Assembly (NCBI GenBank): GCA_965228475.1
Contig: OZ245817.1
Location: 1,152,001 to 1,216,000 of the forward strand
Length of the DNA: 64,000 bases
Source: Myxococcota bacterium
GTDB lineage: Bacteria; Myxococcota_A; UBA9160; JAFDDA01
Direction of reading: 5' to 3'
Shown here piece by piece: positions 55,306-64,000 of this stretch; within the stretch, counting starts at the first letter, position 1; each line of letters starts with the position of its first letter. Position numbers and translations under genes: made by a program. Below the pieces are notes generated by a model, which searched no databases, was not told the DNA's origin, and saw only the letters and a program-made list of their open reading frames with translations.

Positions 55306-57765
55306 GTGACGACGTTCCATTCTTCGCGCCCGATGCTGCGGTTCCTGGCGCCTGCCCTGGCGGCCCTGCTGTTCGCGAGCGGCTGCCAGGACGACTCCGC
55401 CCGCGTCCAGGAGCACATCGAGCGCGCCGACGCCTACGTCGAGGAGGAGGCCTACCCGGAGGCGATCATCGAGTACAAGAGCGCCCTCCAGGTCGACCCG
55501 AACCTGGCGGAAGCGCACTACGGGCTCTCCCAGGCCTACCTCAAGCAGAACCAGGTCCGGCAGGGCTACTGGGAGCTGCGCGAGACCGTCCGCATCGACC
55601 CGAGCCACGTGAAGGCGCGGGTCCAGTTCGGCCAGCTCTCGCGGCTCGCCGGCGAGATGGAAGAGGCGCTCACCCAGGCCGACGCCATCATCGCGCTCGA
55701 ACCCGAGCACGAGTCCGCCCACATCCTGCGCGGGCAGGCGCTCGAGGGTCTCGACCGGCCGGAGGAGGCGCGACAGGCCTACGAGAAGGCGCTCGAGGTG
55801 ACCCCCGACGGCGCCGCGGCGCTGCTCGTCCTGGCGAGCCATCTGCGCAAGGTCGGCGCCCGCGAGGAGGCCGAGCCCCTGCTGGTCCAGCTGACCGAGA
55901 AGGAGCCGACCTTCGCCTCCTTCATCGCCTACGCGGGATTCCTCGCCGAGGAGGATCGCCTCGAAGAAGCCGAGGCGAACTACCGCAGGGCGCTCGAGGT
56001 CGCCGAGGAAGATCGCAAGAGCCTCGCCTACCGGACGCTCGCGAGCTTCTTCTACCGCCAGGAGCGCGTGGCCGACGCCGAGAAGATCCTGCTCGAGGCG
56101 ATCGAAGCCCAGCCCGAGGACCTCGAGCTCATCTACCTGCTGGCCCGCTTCTACCGGGCCGAGGGGCGCGGCGAAGAGGCCGACGGCATGATCGAAGCGG
56201 CGACCGTCGCCAAGCCGGACGACGTCCAGCCCCAGCTGATCCTCTCGCTCTATCGCGGGCGCCAGGGCGACAAGGCGGGGGCGCTCGCCGCCGCCGAGGC
56301 CGCCCTCGAGATCGATCCGACCCACGTCGGTGCCCGGCTGCGCAAGGCGGAGCTCCTGGTCGAGCAGGGCAACCGCGAGGACCGGCGCGAGCTCGTGGCC
56401 CAGGGCCGCAGCATCGTCGACGCCATCCTCGCGAAGGACTCCGCGAGCGCCGAGGCCCTGTTCGTGCGGAGCAAGGTGCATCTCGCCGACGGCAAGGTCG
56501 ACGAGGCGATCAGCGACCTGCGGCGCGTGCTCGACCTGCGGACGGGCTGGGCCCAGGCGCACCTGATGCTCGGTTCGGCCCTCTCCCTGCGCGGGGATCA
56601 CCTGGCCGCCCGGTCCGAGCTCCAGCGCGCCCTCGAAGTGGACGCAGGGCTCGTCGAGGCGCGGCGGGCGTTGGCGCGGGTCCAGGCCGCGCTCGGCGAG
56701 AACGAGGCCGCCGTCGCCGAAGGCCGGAAGGTCCTGAACGAGAACACCGAGGACGACGGCCTGCGCATCCTCGTGGCCCAGAGCCTGGTGCGCCAGCGCC
56801 GCTTCGCGGACGGCCTGGCCGAGCTCCAGCGCATCCCGAACGAGCGCCGCACGGCCGAGGTGCTCTACGCCATGGGCCGGATCCATCGCATCGAGGGGCG
56901 GCAGCAGCAGGCGCGCTCTCACTTCGAGCGCGCGCTCGAGCAGCGCCCGAAGCACCCGGACCTCCTGCGCGTCCTGCTCGAGCTCGACCAGCGCGACGGG
57001 CGCCTGCCGGAATCGCGCGCACGGATCGAGGCCGCCGCCGAAGCCGAGCCCGAGAACGCCCAGCTCGTCCACCTGGCGGGGCTCGTCGCCCTGCTCTCGG
57101 GCGAGGCGCGCGATGCCGAGGTGCTCCTGCGCAAGGCGATCTCGCTCGATCCGAACCAGCTCCGCTTCTACGAGACCCTGGCGCGCTACTTCCAGGCCTC
57201 CGGGCGCTCCGGGGAGATGCTCGAGACCTACGAGAAGGCGATCGCGGCCCGGCCGGACTCGGCGCCGCTCCACCTGATCGTCGGCACCCTGCACGAGCTG
57301 CGCGGCACGCCGAGCAAGGCGAAGGAGTTCTACGAGAAGGCGATCCAGCTCGACCCCGAGCTCGCGCCGGCCAAGAACAACCTCGCCTACCTGCTGGCCG
57401 AGAGCGGGGAGAATCTCGACCGCGCCCTCGACCTGGCCCAGGAGGCCAAGGCGATGCTGCCGGACAACGCCAACACCGCGGACACGCTCGGTTGGGTGCT
57501 CTACAAGAAGGGCATCCCCTCCGCCGCCATCGGCTACCTCCAGGAGGCCGACGAAGGCTTCGACGTGCGAAACGCGAACTTCGGCGTGGTGCGCCACCAC
57601 CTGGCGCTGGCCTACGAGGCGAACGGCGAGAAGGACAAGGCCAAGGCCACGCTGGAGAGCGCGCTCGCGGACCTCGCCGAGGCCAAGGGCGACCGCGACA
57701 TCCCGGACCCGCCCTGGGCCGCCAACATCCGCGCCATGCTCGACCGGTTGAAGAGCGAAGGCTGA
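55306..57765 (+). CDS. Large TPR-repeat lipoprotein (PrsT-like)
   Basis: Lipobox FASGC; A.IEYK.ALQ.DP; many TPRs; C-terminal NNLAYLL...DTLGWV. Confidence 0.88.
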   Translation: MTTFHSSRPMLRFLAPALAALLFASGCQDDSARVQEHIERADAYVEEEAYPEAIIEYKSALQVDPNLAEAHYGLSQAYLKQNQVRQGYWELRETVRIDPSHVKARVQFGQLSRLAGEMEEALTQADAIIALEPEHESAHILRGQALEGLDRPEEARQAYEKALEVTPDGAAALLVLASHLRKVGAREEAEPLLVQLTEKEPTFASFIAYAGFLAEEDRLEEAEANYRRALEVAEEDRKSLAYRTLASFFYRQERVADAEKILLEAIEAQPEDLELIYLLARFYRAEGRGEEADGMIEAATVAKPDDVQPQLILSLYRGRQGDKAGALAAAEAALEIDPTHVGARLRKAELLVEQGNREDRRELVAQGRSIVDAILAKDSASAEALFVRSKVHLADGKVDEAISDLRRVLDLRTGWAQAHLMLGSALSLRGDHLAARSELQRALEVDAGLVEARRALARVQAALGENEAAVAEGRKVLNENTEDDGLRILVAQSLVRQRRFADGLAELQRIPNERRTAEVLYAMGRIHRIEGRQQQARSHFERALEQRPKHPDLLRVLLELDQRDGRLPESRARIEAAAEAEPENAQLVHLAGLVALLSGEARDAEVLLRKAISLDPNQLRFYETLARYFQASGRSGEMLETYEKAIAARPDSAPLHLIVGTLHELRGTPSKAKEFYEKAIQLDPELAPAKNNLAYLLAESGENLDRALDLAQEAKAMLPDNANTADTLGWVLYKKGIPSAAIGYLQEADEGFDVRNANFGVVRHHLALAYEANGEKDKAKATLESALADLAEAKGDRDIPDPPWAANIRAMLDRLKSEG

Positions 57766-58095
57766 CCTCCTCGGCGCCGGGCCGGGCCCTTGCGCGGGCT
57801 CGGCGCGGCCGATGCCGCTTCATCCACAGGCAACGCATCCGTACGTTGTGAGAACTGGACGCTCGCGCCCCGCGCCCGACGGCGCGGTGGCGGGCGTGTG
57901 CGCGGGTCCGGTGCCCGGGCGCGCCGCCTCTCGCGCCCCGGCGCGGCTTTGCGGCGGCCCGTCCACAGTTGCCGGACAGTTGCGCATCTATTTGATCTTC
58001 AAGGGAAATCGTGGTCGGCCGATGCAAAAACGTGGCGTCGTTCGCCCCGCCGAAGCGCGGGTGCGGCGGCGGCCCGAGAGCCCTTGGAGGGGAGC

Positions 58096-59877
58096 ATGAA
58101 GCCGTTTGTCCTCGCCGTCGTCCTGATCGCCCTGGGTGGTCCCGTTCTCGCCGCGGAGCCCGCGTCGCGAACCGTGCCGCCGATCCCCGGCCCCGATCAG
58201 GCCATGGAACCCATTGCACCGCTCGACGAGCCGTGGCCCGTTGCGCCTGCCGCTCCCGGCAGCGTTTCGCCCGACCGCGTCGTGCCGGTGGTTCCGGCGC
58301 CCGCCTTCGCGCGGGTCACGCCGGAGGCCCAGCCCGTCGCCAAGGCTGCGCCGCAGCCGGCCGCGCCCGTCGCGAAGACCGGCCGTGCCGCGCGCGGCTC
58401 GAACGCGATCCCGCCGATCCCGAGCCCCGATCAGCCGATGACGCCGATCTCGCCGCTCGACGAGCCGTGGGACATGACCGCCGAGGTGGACCCGCGCAAC
58501 ATCCCGCCGATCCCGGCGCTCTCGATTCGCTCCTTCGCGGTCGCGGGGCAGACCCCGGCGACCCAGCCGCCCGCGAAGCCGGCGCCGGGCGGTTCGTCCG
58601 CGTCGGGTTCGTTCGCGTCGGGTTCGGGGACCGCATCGGCTCCCGCCACGGCGGCTGCGCCCGTCACGCCGACTGCGCCCGCGACGTCGATCGCCTCCTT
58701 CGACCCGGAGGGCACCGTCCACACCGTCGCCACGGGCGACACGCTGTGGGACATCTCGAACCTCTACCTCGGCACGCCCTGGATCTGGCCCTCGATCTGG
58801 CAGGACAACGAGGCCGTCGAGAACCCGCACCTGATCTTCCCGGGCGACCGGATCTGGGTCAGCGCCACGGAGATGCGCAAGCTGACGGACGCCGAGGCCG
58901 AGGCCCTGCTCGCCCGCGAGCCGCAGAGCGCGCCGGCGGCCATGGCCGAGGATCTCCTCGCCGTGCCCATGCCGGAGAAGCCGCGCCAGACGCTCTACTA
59001 CGTGCGCAACGCTTCCCTGGGCCTCGTTTCCGAGAAGGAGCTCGAGGGGCTCGGCCAGGTGGTCGGCACGCCCGAAGAGCAGGTCATGATGGCCCAGGGC
59101 GACGAGGTCTTCGTCGACCTCGGCGAGGGCGACGTCACGCCCGGCGACCAGTTCACGCTCTTCCGCACCAGCCAGAAGGTCCACGACCCGTCGACCCACG
59201 ACGTGCTCGGTCTGCACTCGGAGGTCGTCGGCTGGCTCGAGATCACCGAGGTCTATCCGAAGTCCTCGCGCGCCAAGGTGCGCCAGAGCTACATCGACTT
59301 CGTGCCCGGCGTCTACCTGAAGCCGCGCATCGCCGACACGCTCGAGATCCCGGTCCTCGATTCGCCCCTGGGCATCGAGGGGCAGATCGCCGACCTCATG
59401 CTCGACCCGAAGTACCGCGCTGGCGGAGACGTCGTGATCCTGAACCGCGGCAGCGAAGACGGTCTCGTGGCCGGCTCGCCGGTCGAGGTCTACCGCCCCA
59501 TCGCCGACAACTGGAAGGAAAACTGGTACGGCGACCAGCCGGACGTCGAGATCCCGCACGAAGTGGTCGCAGACCTGGTCGTGCTCACCTCCGAGGCGCA
59601 CACGGCGATGGCCTACGTGACGTACTCGACGACGGAGCTCTGGTACGGCGACCGTTTCCGCACGGTCGCGGGTCCGAACGTTCAGCACGCCTCGCGCGGC
59701 CGGCTCTCGGTCGAGGAGCGGGTGGTGCGCTGGGTCGTCGCCCAGGGCCGCAAGGCCGTGGACGGCGTCGCCGACCTCGCGGGCAAGGTCCCGACGCCGG
59801 AGACGCCCGAGGCGGTCTCGCGCTGGAACATGCCCCGCCTGTCGCTGCCGGACCTCGAAGGCTACGACCCGCGCTGA
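58096..59877 (+). CDS. Secreted LysM peptidoglycan-binding protein with Pro-rich N-terminus (TsaP-like neighbour of dprA)
   Basis: GGAGG SD, signal peptide, HTV..GDTLWDIS..YLG.PW.WP.IW..N..VENPHLIFPGD. Confidence 0.88.
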   Translation: MKPFVLAVVLIALGGPVLAAEPASRTVPPIPGPDQAMEPIAPLDEPWPVAPAAPGSVSPDRVVPVVPAPAFARVTPEAQPVAKAAPQPAAPVAKTGRAARGSNAIPPIPSPDQPMTPISPLDEPWDMTAEVDPRNIPPIPALSIRSFAVAGQTPATQPPAKPAPGGSSASGSFASGSGTASAPATAAAPVTPTAPATSIASFDPEGTVHTVATGDTLWDISNLYLGTPWIWPSIWQDNEAVENPHLIFPGDRIWVSATEMRKLTDAEAEALLAREPQSAPAAMAEDLLAVPMPEKPRQTLYYVRNASLGLVSEKELEGLGQVVGTPEEQVMMAQGDEVFVDLGEGDVTPGDQFTLFRTSQKVHDPSTHDVLGLHSEVVGWLEITEVYPKSSRAKVRQSYIDFVPGVYLKPRIADTLEIPVLDSPLGIEGQIADLMLDPKYRAGGDVVILNRGSEDGLVAGSPVEVYRPIADNWKENWYGDQPDVEIPHEVVADLVVLTSEAHTAMAYVTYSTTELWYGDRFRTVAGPNVQHASRGRLSVEERVVRWVVAQGRKAVDGVADLAGKVPTPETPEAVSRWNMPRLSLPDLEGYDPR

Positions 59878-59912
59878 CCCGTCTGGCGGTCCGCACGGAT
59901 TGAGGCACACTG

Positions 59913-59947
59913 GCGGCCTCCCCGGTCCCGGGGAGGCCGCTCTTGTT
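59913..59947 (+). terminator. Hairpin/terminator overlapping the putative dprA ribosome-binding site
   Basis: GCGGCCTCCCCG-GTCC-CGGGGAGGCCGC followed by TCTTGTT. Confidence 0.65.
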
Positions 59948-61007
59948 CCCGGCCTATCTCGATCCTGAACGTGAAACCGAAAGCGAACGGTGCGCCGTGC
60001 TCGCCTGGCTGCGCGTGCAGCAGGCGTACGCCCTGCGCCCGATGGAAGCGGCGGCACGCCTGGCGAAGGACCCGCGTCCCGAACCCCTGCTCGAGGGCGT
60101 GGAGGAGAAGCGCGACCCGGAGCTCGCACGCGCAGCTCTCGTCCGGGCACCGGGCTGGCTCGTCCCCTGGCCGGCGCGGGCCTATCCCGAGCGGCTCCGC
60201 CGCATCGCGGACGCGGCCCCGGTGCTCGCCGTGCGGGGCGACCCGGAGGTGCTCACGCGGCCGTGCGTCGCGATCGTCGGCGCGCGGGCGGCGACGGCCT
60301 ACGGGCGTGAGATGGCCGCGCGGCTCGCGGCGGGCCTCGCGGAGGCGGGGGTCGTGGTCGTCTCGGGCCTGGCGCGGGGCATCGACGCCGCGGCCCACGA
60401 GGCGGCGCTCGCCGCCGGCGGCAAGAGCATCGCGGTCCAGGCCTGTGGCATCGACCAGGTCTACCCCGCGGCGCACCGCAAGCTCGCCGCGCGCATCGCG
60501 GCGAGCGGTGCCGTTGTTTCGGAGCTCCCGCCCGGCATGCCGCCCCTGCCTGCGCACTTCCCGCTCCGCAACCGCCTGATCAGCGGGATGTCGCGAGCGG
60601 TGGTCGTGGTCGAGGCGCGGATCCGAAGCGGATCGCTCGTGACCTCGCGCCACGCCGCCGACCAGGGCATCGAGGTGCTGGCGGTACCCGGCCCGGCGAC
60701 CGCCCCGACCAGCGAAGGCACGAACGACCTGCTTCGACAGGGCGCCACGCCCGCCATCGATGCGGGCGACGTCCTGTGCGCCGCGGGCCTTTCGGAGCGG
60801 ACCGAGCCCACGCGCCGGGCGCGCCGTCCGGAGCACGAGGGGCCCGTGATCGCGGCGCTCTACGAGGCTCCCTGCGCCCGCGATGCGCTCGCGCGTCGGC
60901 TCGGCTGGGAGCCCGGGCGCCTCGCGGTCGAGCTGGTGGAGCTCGAGCTCTCGGGGCGCATCGTGGAGGAACGGGACGGGACGCTCCGCGTCACCGGGGA
61001 GGCCTGA
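59943..61007 (+). CDS. dprA: DNA-processing protein DprA
   Basis: [42 protein letters not shown]; start uncertain. Confidence 0.94.
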   Translation: MFPAYLDPERETESERCAVLAWLRVQQAYALRPMEAAARLAKDPRPEPLLEGVEEKRDPELARAALVRAPGWLVPWPARAYPERLRRIADAAPVLAVRGDPEVLTRPCVAIVGARAATAYGREMAARLAAGLAEAGVVVVSGLARGIDAAAHEAALAAGGKSIAVQACGIDQVYPAAHRKLAARIAASGAVVSELPPGMPPLPAHFPLRNRLISGMSRAVVVVEARIRSGSLVTSRHAADQGIEVLAVPGPATAPTSEGTNDLLRQGATPAIDAGDVLCAAGLSERTEPTRRARRPEHEGPVIAALYEAPCARDALARRLGWEPGRLAVELVELELSGRIVEERDGTLRVTGEA

Positions 61008-61078
61008 GCCGGGCGTTCCCGGTGGCGCGGGAGGCCGCGGCGGCGAGGCCGGCCGGGGCTGTGGGCTATCGTTCGCCC

Positions 61079-62413
61079 ATGGGGAGTTCCGAAGAGATCA
61101 TCGTCGTCGGCGGCGGGCTCGCCGGCTGTGAGGCCGCGTGGTTCGCCGCGTCCTGCGGCATTCCCGTGACGCTCTTCGAGATGAAGCCCGAGCGCTACTC
61201 GCCCGCCCACGCCTCGCCGAACTTCGCGGAGCTCGTGTGCAGCAACTCGCTGCGGGGGGCCGGGCTCGGCAACGCCGTCGGACTCCTGAAGGAAGAGATG
61301 CGCCGGCTCGGATCCCTCGTGATCACGGCCGCGGACGAGACCGCCGTGCCCGCGGGCGGCGCGCTGGCGGTCGATCGCGAGGCCTTCGCCCGGCGCATGA
61401 CCGACGCCGTGGAGAGCCACCCCGGAATCCGTATCGTGCGCGAGCGCGTGACGAGCCTGCCGACTGCGCCCCAGGTGATCCTCGCCACGGGGCCCCTCAC
61501 CGATCCCGATCTCGCCGAGGAGCTGAAGGCCCGGCTCGGGGAAGCGCACCTCTACTTCTACGACGCGATCGCGCCGATCGTTTACGCCGACTCGATCGAC
61601 CACGACGTGGCCTTTCGCGCCTCACGCTGGCAGGACGGCGACGGCGACTACCTGAACCTGCCCCTCGACCGCGAGCAGTACGACGCCTTCGTGGCGGCGC
61701 TCGTCGAAGCGGACACGGTGCCGCTCCATCCCTTCGAGGCGAAGCTCTACTTCGAGGGCTGTCTGCCCGTCGAGGAGATGGCCCGCCGCGGCGAGCGCAC
61801 CCTGGCTTTCGGCCCGATGAAGCCCGTCGGGCTGACGGACCCGCGCACCGGCCGCTGGCCCCACGCCGTCGTGCAGCTCCGCCAGGAGGACAAGCGCGGC
61901 ATCCTCTACAACCTCGTCGGCTTCCAGACGAAGCTTCGGGTGGGCGAGCAGAAGCGCGTCCTGCGCACGTTGCCCGGACTCGAAAAGGCGGTGTTCGCGC
62001 GCTTCGGCTCGGTCCATCGCAACACCTACCTGAACGCGCCGCGCTGGCTCGGCCCGACCCTCGAACTCGCGGGGCGCCCGGGGCTGCGCGTGGCCGGTCA
62101 GATGGCCGGCGTCGAGGGCTACGTCGAGTCCGCGGCGCTGGGCTTCCTCGCCGGCCTGTTCGCCACCTGCGCCGTCCGCGGCGTGGCACCGCCGGAACCG
62201 GATGCCCGGACCGCCCACGGGGCGCTGCTCCACCACCTGCGCGATGCGGAGCCCGAGAACTTCCAGCCCATGAACGTGAACTTCGGCCTCTTCCCGCCGC
62301 TGGCCGACGTGCCGCCGAAGACCAAGAAGCGCGAGCGCAATCAGCTCATGGCGGAGCGGGGCCTCGCGGCCCTCGAGCCGTTTCAGCGAGCGCTCGAGGA
62401 TCTGCGCGCTTGA
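61079..62413 (+). CDS. trmFO: tRNA (uracil-54) methyltransferase TrmFO
   Basis: [57 protein letters not shown]. Confidence 0.97.
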   Translation: MGSSEEIIVVGGGLAGCEAAWFAASCGIPVTLFEMKPERYSPAHASPNFAELVCSNSLRGAGLGNAVGLLKEEMRRLGSLVITAADETAVPAGGALAVDREAFARRMTDAVESHPGIRIVRERVTSLPTAPQVILATGPLTDPDLAEELKARLGEAHLYFYDAIAPIVYADSIDHDVAFRASRWQDGDGDYLNLPLDREQYDAFVAALVEADTVPLHPFEAKLYFEGCLPVEEMARRGERTLAFGPMKPVGLTDPRTGRWPHAVVQLRQEDKRGILYNLVGFQTKLRVGEQKRVLRTLPGLEKAVFARFGSVHRNTYLNAPRWLGPTLELAGRPGLRVAGQMAGVEGYVESAALGFLAGLFATCAVRGVAPPEPDARTAHGALLHHLRDAEPENFQPMNVNFGLFPPLADVPPKTKKRERNQLMAERGLAALEPFQRALEDLRA

Positions 62414-63387
62414 GCCCGGCCCGGAAGGCGGACGCCACCCGGCTCGAGCGCGAGCTGCGCGACTTCGAAGCCTTCCTTTCGGCCGAACGCGGCGCCTCCG
62501 AGCCGACGCGCCGCGCCTACCTCTCGGACGTGCGCGCCTTCGCCGCTTCGATCGCGACCCCGCTCGCGCGCGCGGACGGCGCCGACGTCTACCGGCACCT
62601 GGGCGAACTCACCCGGCGCTCGGCGCCGTCCACGGTGGCGCGCAAGCTCGCCTCCCTGCGCGCCTTCTACCGCTACCTCGTGCGGGAAGGGCGCTGCAGC
62701 GCGGACCCGACCCTCGGGATTCCGACGCCGCGAGGGCCGCGCCGCCTGCCCCAGCCGATCCCGGTCGACGAGTGCGAGGCGCTCGCCGAGGCCGACCCGC
62801 CGCCGCGCGCCGAGACCCGAGCGCCCGGGGGCCCGGAGGCTTCGCTGCTCCGCGACCGCGCGCTCGTCGAGCTGCTCTACGGAGCCGGGCTCCGGGTCGG
62901 CGAGGTCGAGAAGCTCGACGTGCGCGACGTCGATCTCCACCGCGGCGAGGTCCGCGTCTGGGGCAAGGGGGACAAGGAGCGCATCGTTCCGTTGCCCGGC
63001 GCCGCGCGCGAAGCCCTCGAAGCGTGGCTGCGCTTCCGCGAGAAGCCGGGCATCTCCGCCGAGCCGCTCTTCGTCTCCCTGCGGCCCGCGCGCGACGGCA
63101 CGGTTCGGCGCCTCGGGGCGCGCGACGTGCGCCGCACCCTCGCGCGGCGCGCGCGGCGCGCGGGCGTCGCGGGGCGGATCCATCCCCACCGGCTGCGGCA
63201 CAGCTACGCTACCCATCTGCTCGACATGGGGGCGGACCTCCGCGAGATCCAGGAACTCCTCGGGCACGCGAGCCTCTCCACCACCCAGAAGTACACGGGG
63301 GTCTCGGCCGATCGCCTGCTCGAGGTCTACGATCAGGCGCATCCCCGCGCCCGCCGCGCCAAGCCGCAGAAGAAGAAGGACTCATGA
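62410..63387 (+). CDS. xerC: Tyrosine recombinase XerC
   Basis: [48 protein letters not shown]; trmFO-xerC-hslV synteny. Confidence 0.92.
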   Translation: MSPARKADATRLERELRDFEAFLSAERGASEPTRRAYLSDVRAFAASIATPLARADGADVYRHLGELTRRSAPSTVARKLASLRAFYRYLVREGRCSADPTLGIPTPRGPRRLPQPIPVDECEALAEADPPPRAETRAPGGPEASLLRDRALVELLYGAGLRVGEVEKLDVRDVDLHRGEVRVWGKGDKERIVPLPGAAREALEAWLRFREKPGISAEPLFVSLRPARDGTVRRLGARDVRRTLARRARRAGVAGRIHPHRLRHSYATHLLDMGADLREIQELLGHASLSTTQKYTGVSADRLLEVYDQAHPRARRAKPQKKKDS

Positions 63388-63935
63388 ATCAGAACGAGAG
63401 ATTGCGGGCCACCACCGTCGTCGCGGTCCTGCGCGACGGGCAGGTCGCCATGGGCTCCGACGGGCAGGTCACCCTCGGCGAGACCGTCGTGAAGCACGGC
63501 GCGCAGAAGGTGCGCGTGGCCGAAGGAGGCCGGGCGCTGGTCGGCTTCGCGGGCGGCGCCGCCGACGCGATGGCGTTGATGGACCGGCTCGAAGCGCGCC
63601 TCGAGGCCCACCCGCAGAACCTGCGGCGGGCGGCGGTGGAGCTCGCCAAGGAGTGGCGGACGGACCGCGTCCTGCGCCGGCTCGAAGCGATGATCGTCGT
63701 CGCCGATGCCGAGACCCTGCTGGTCGTGTCGGGGAACGGCGACGTGATCGAGCCCGACGACGGCGTCGCCGCGATCGGCTCCGGAGGCTCCTTCGCGATG
63801 GCGGCCGGCCGTGCGCTGCTGCGCAACTCGGAGCTCCCCGCCCGGAAGATCGTCGAAGAATCGCTCCGCATCGCGGGCGAACTGTGCATCTACACCAACG
63901 AAAAGATCCATCTCGTGGAGCTCCCGAACTCGTGA
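63384..63935 (+). CDS. hslV: ATP-dependent protease subunit HslV
   Basis: ATTVVAV..DGQVTLG, GFAG..ADA, WRTDR.LRRLEA, IGSGG, CIYTN. Confidence 0.97.
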   Translation: MNQNERLRATTVVAVLRDGQVAMGSDGQVTLGETVVKHGAQKVRVAEGGRALVGFAGGAADAMALMDRLEARLEAHPQNLRRAAVELAKEWRTDRVLRRLEAMIVVADAETLLVVSGNGDVIEPDDGVAAIGSGGSFAMAAGRALLRNSELPARKIVEESLRIAGELCIYTNEKIHLVELPNS

Positions 63936-64000
63936 CCCCCCGACACTTCACGCCGCGCGAAATCGTCTCGGAACTCGACCGCTACATCGTGGGGCAGGGC
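63932..64000 (+). CDS. hslU: HslU ATPase (N-terminal fragment; runs off window)
   Basis: GTG overlapping the hslV stop; [16 protein letters not shown]. Confidence 0.9.
   Translation, partial: MTPRHFTPREIVSELDRYIVGQG

Noticed and set aside
57992..58002. FNR/CRP site (TTGATCTTCAA)
   Set aside because: Spacing does not fit TTGAT-N4-ATCAA or TGTGA-N6-TCACA
62410..63387. Tyrosine recombinase as a prophage or island integrase
   Set aside because: XerC motifs and housekeeping trmFO-xerC-hslVU synteny; no att sites or cargo nearby

Overview
High-GC chromosomal window. Gene content and order (dprA-trmFO-xerC-hslV-hslU, PilZ, short OPX plus separate beta-barrel, several sigma54 activators) suggest a deltaproteobacterial/Myxococcota-like organism; this is inference only. 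Bases 1-1045 look like the end of a heavy-metal genomic island (CusA/CzcA C-terminus, DUF2703-like protein) abutting the 3' end of tRNA-Thr(CGT). Next come a His-motif membrane/TPR protein, a 32-aa sORF, a class IV aminotransferase with trpS, Fur-box-bfd-bfr, clpB, three HtrA/Do paralogues around galK, thiSGE, alr, purHD, tsaC, DUF1015, dciA, the rpsP-khpA-rimM-trmD-rplS operon, yraN and rsmI. A ~28 kb surface-polysaccharide locus (29.5-57.8 kb) resembles PEP-CTERM/exosortase-A-associated EPS loci. It has two paralogous sigma54 activators, a sensor kinase, two arrays of palindromic operator-like sites and ligA embedded in it; no exosortase, wzx or wzy is visible. The window ends with LysM-dprA-trmFO-xerC-hslV-hslU'. 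No CRISPR array, rRNA or transposase was seen. All calls come from reading motifs by eye, not from database searches.
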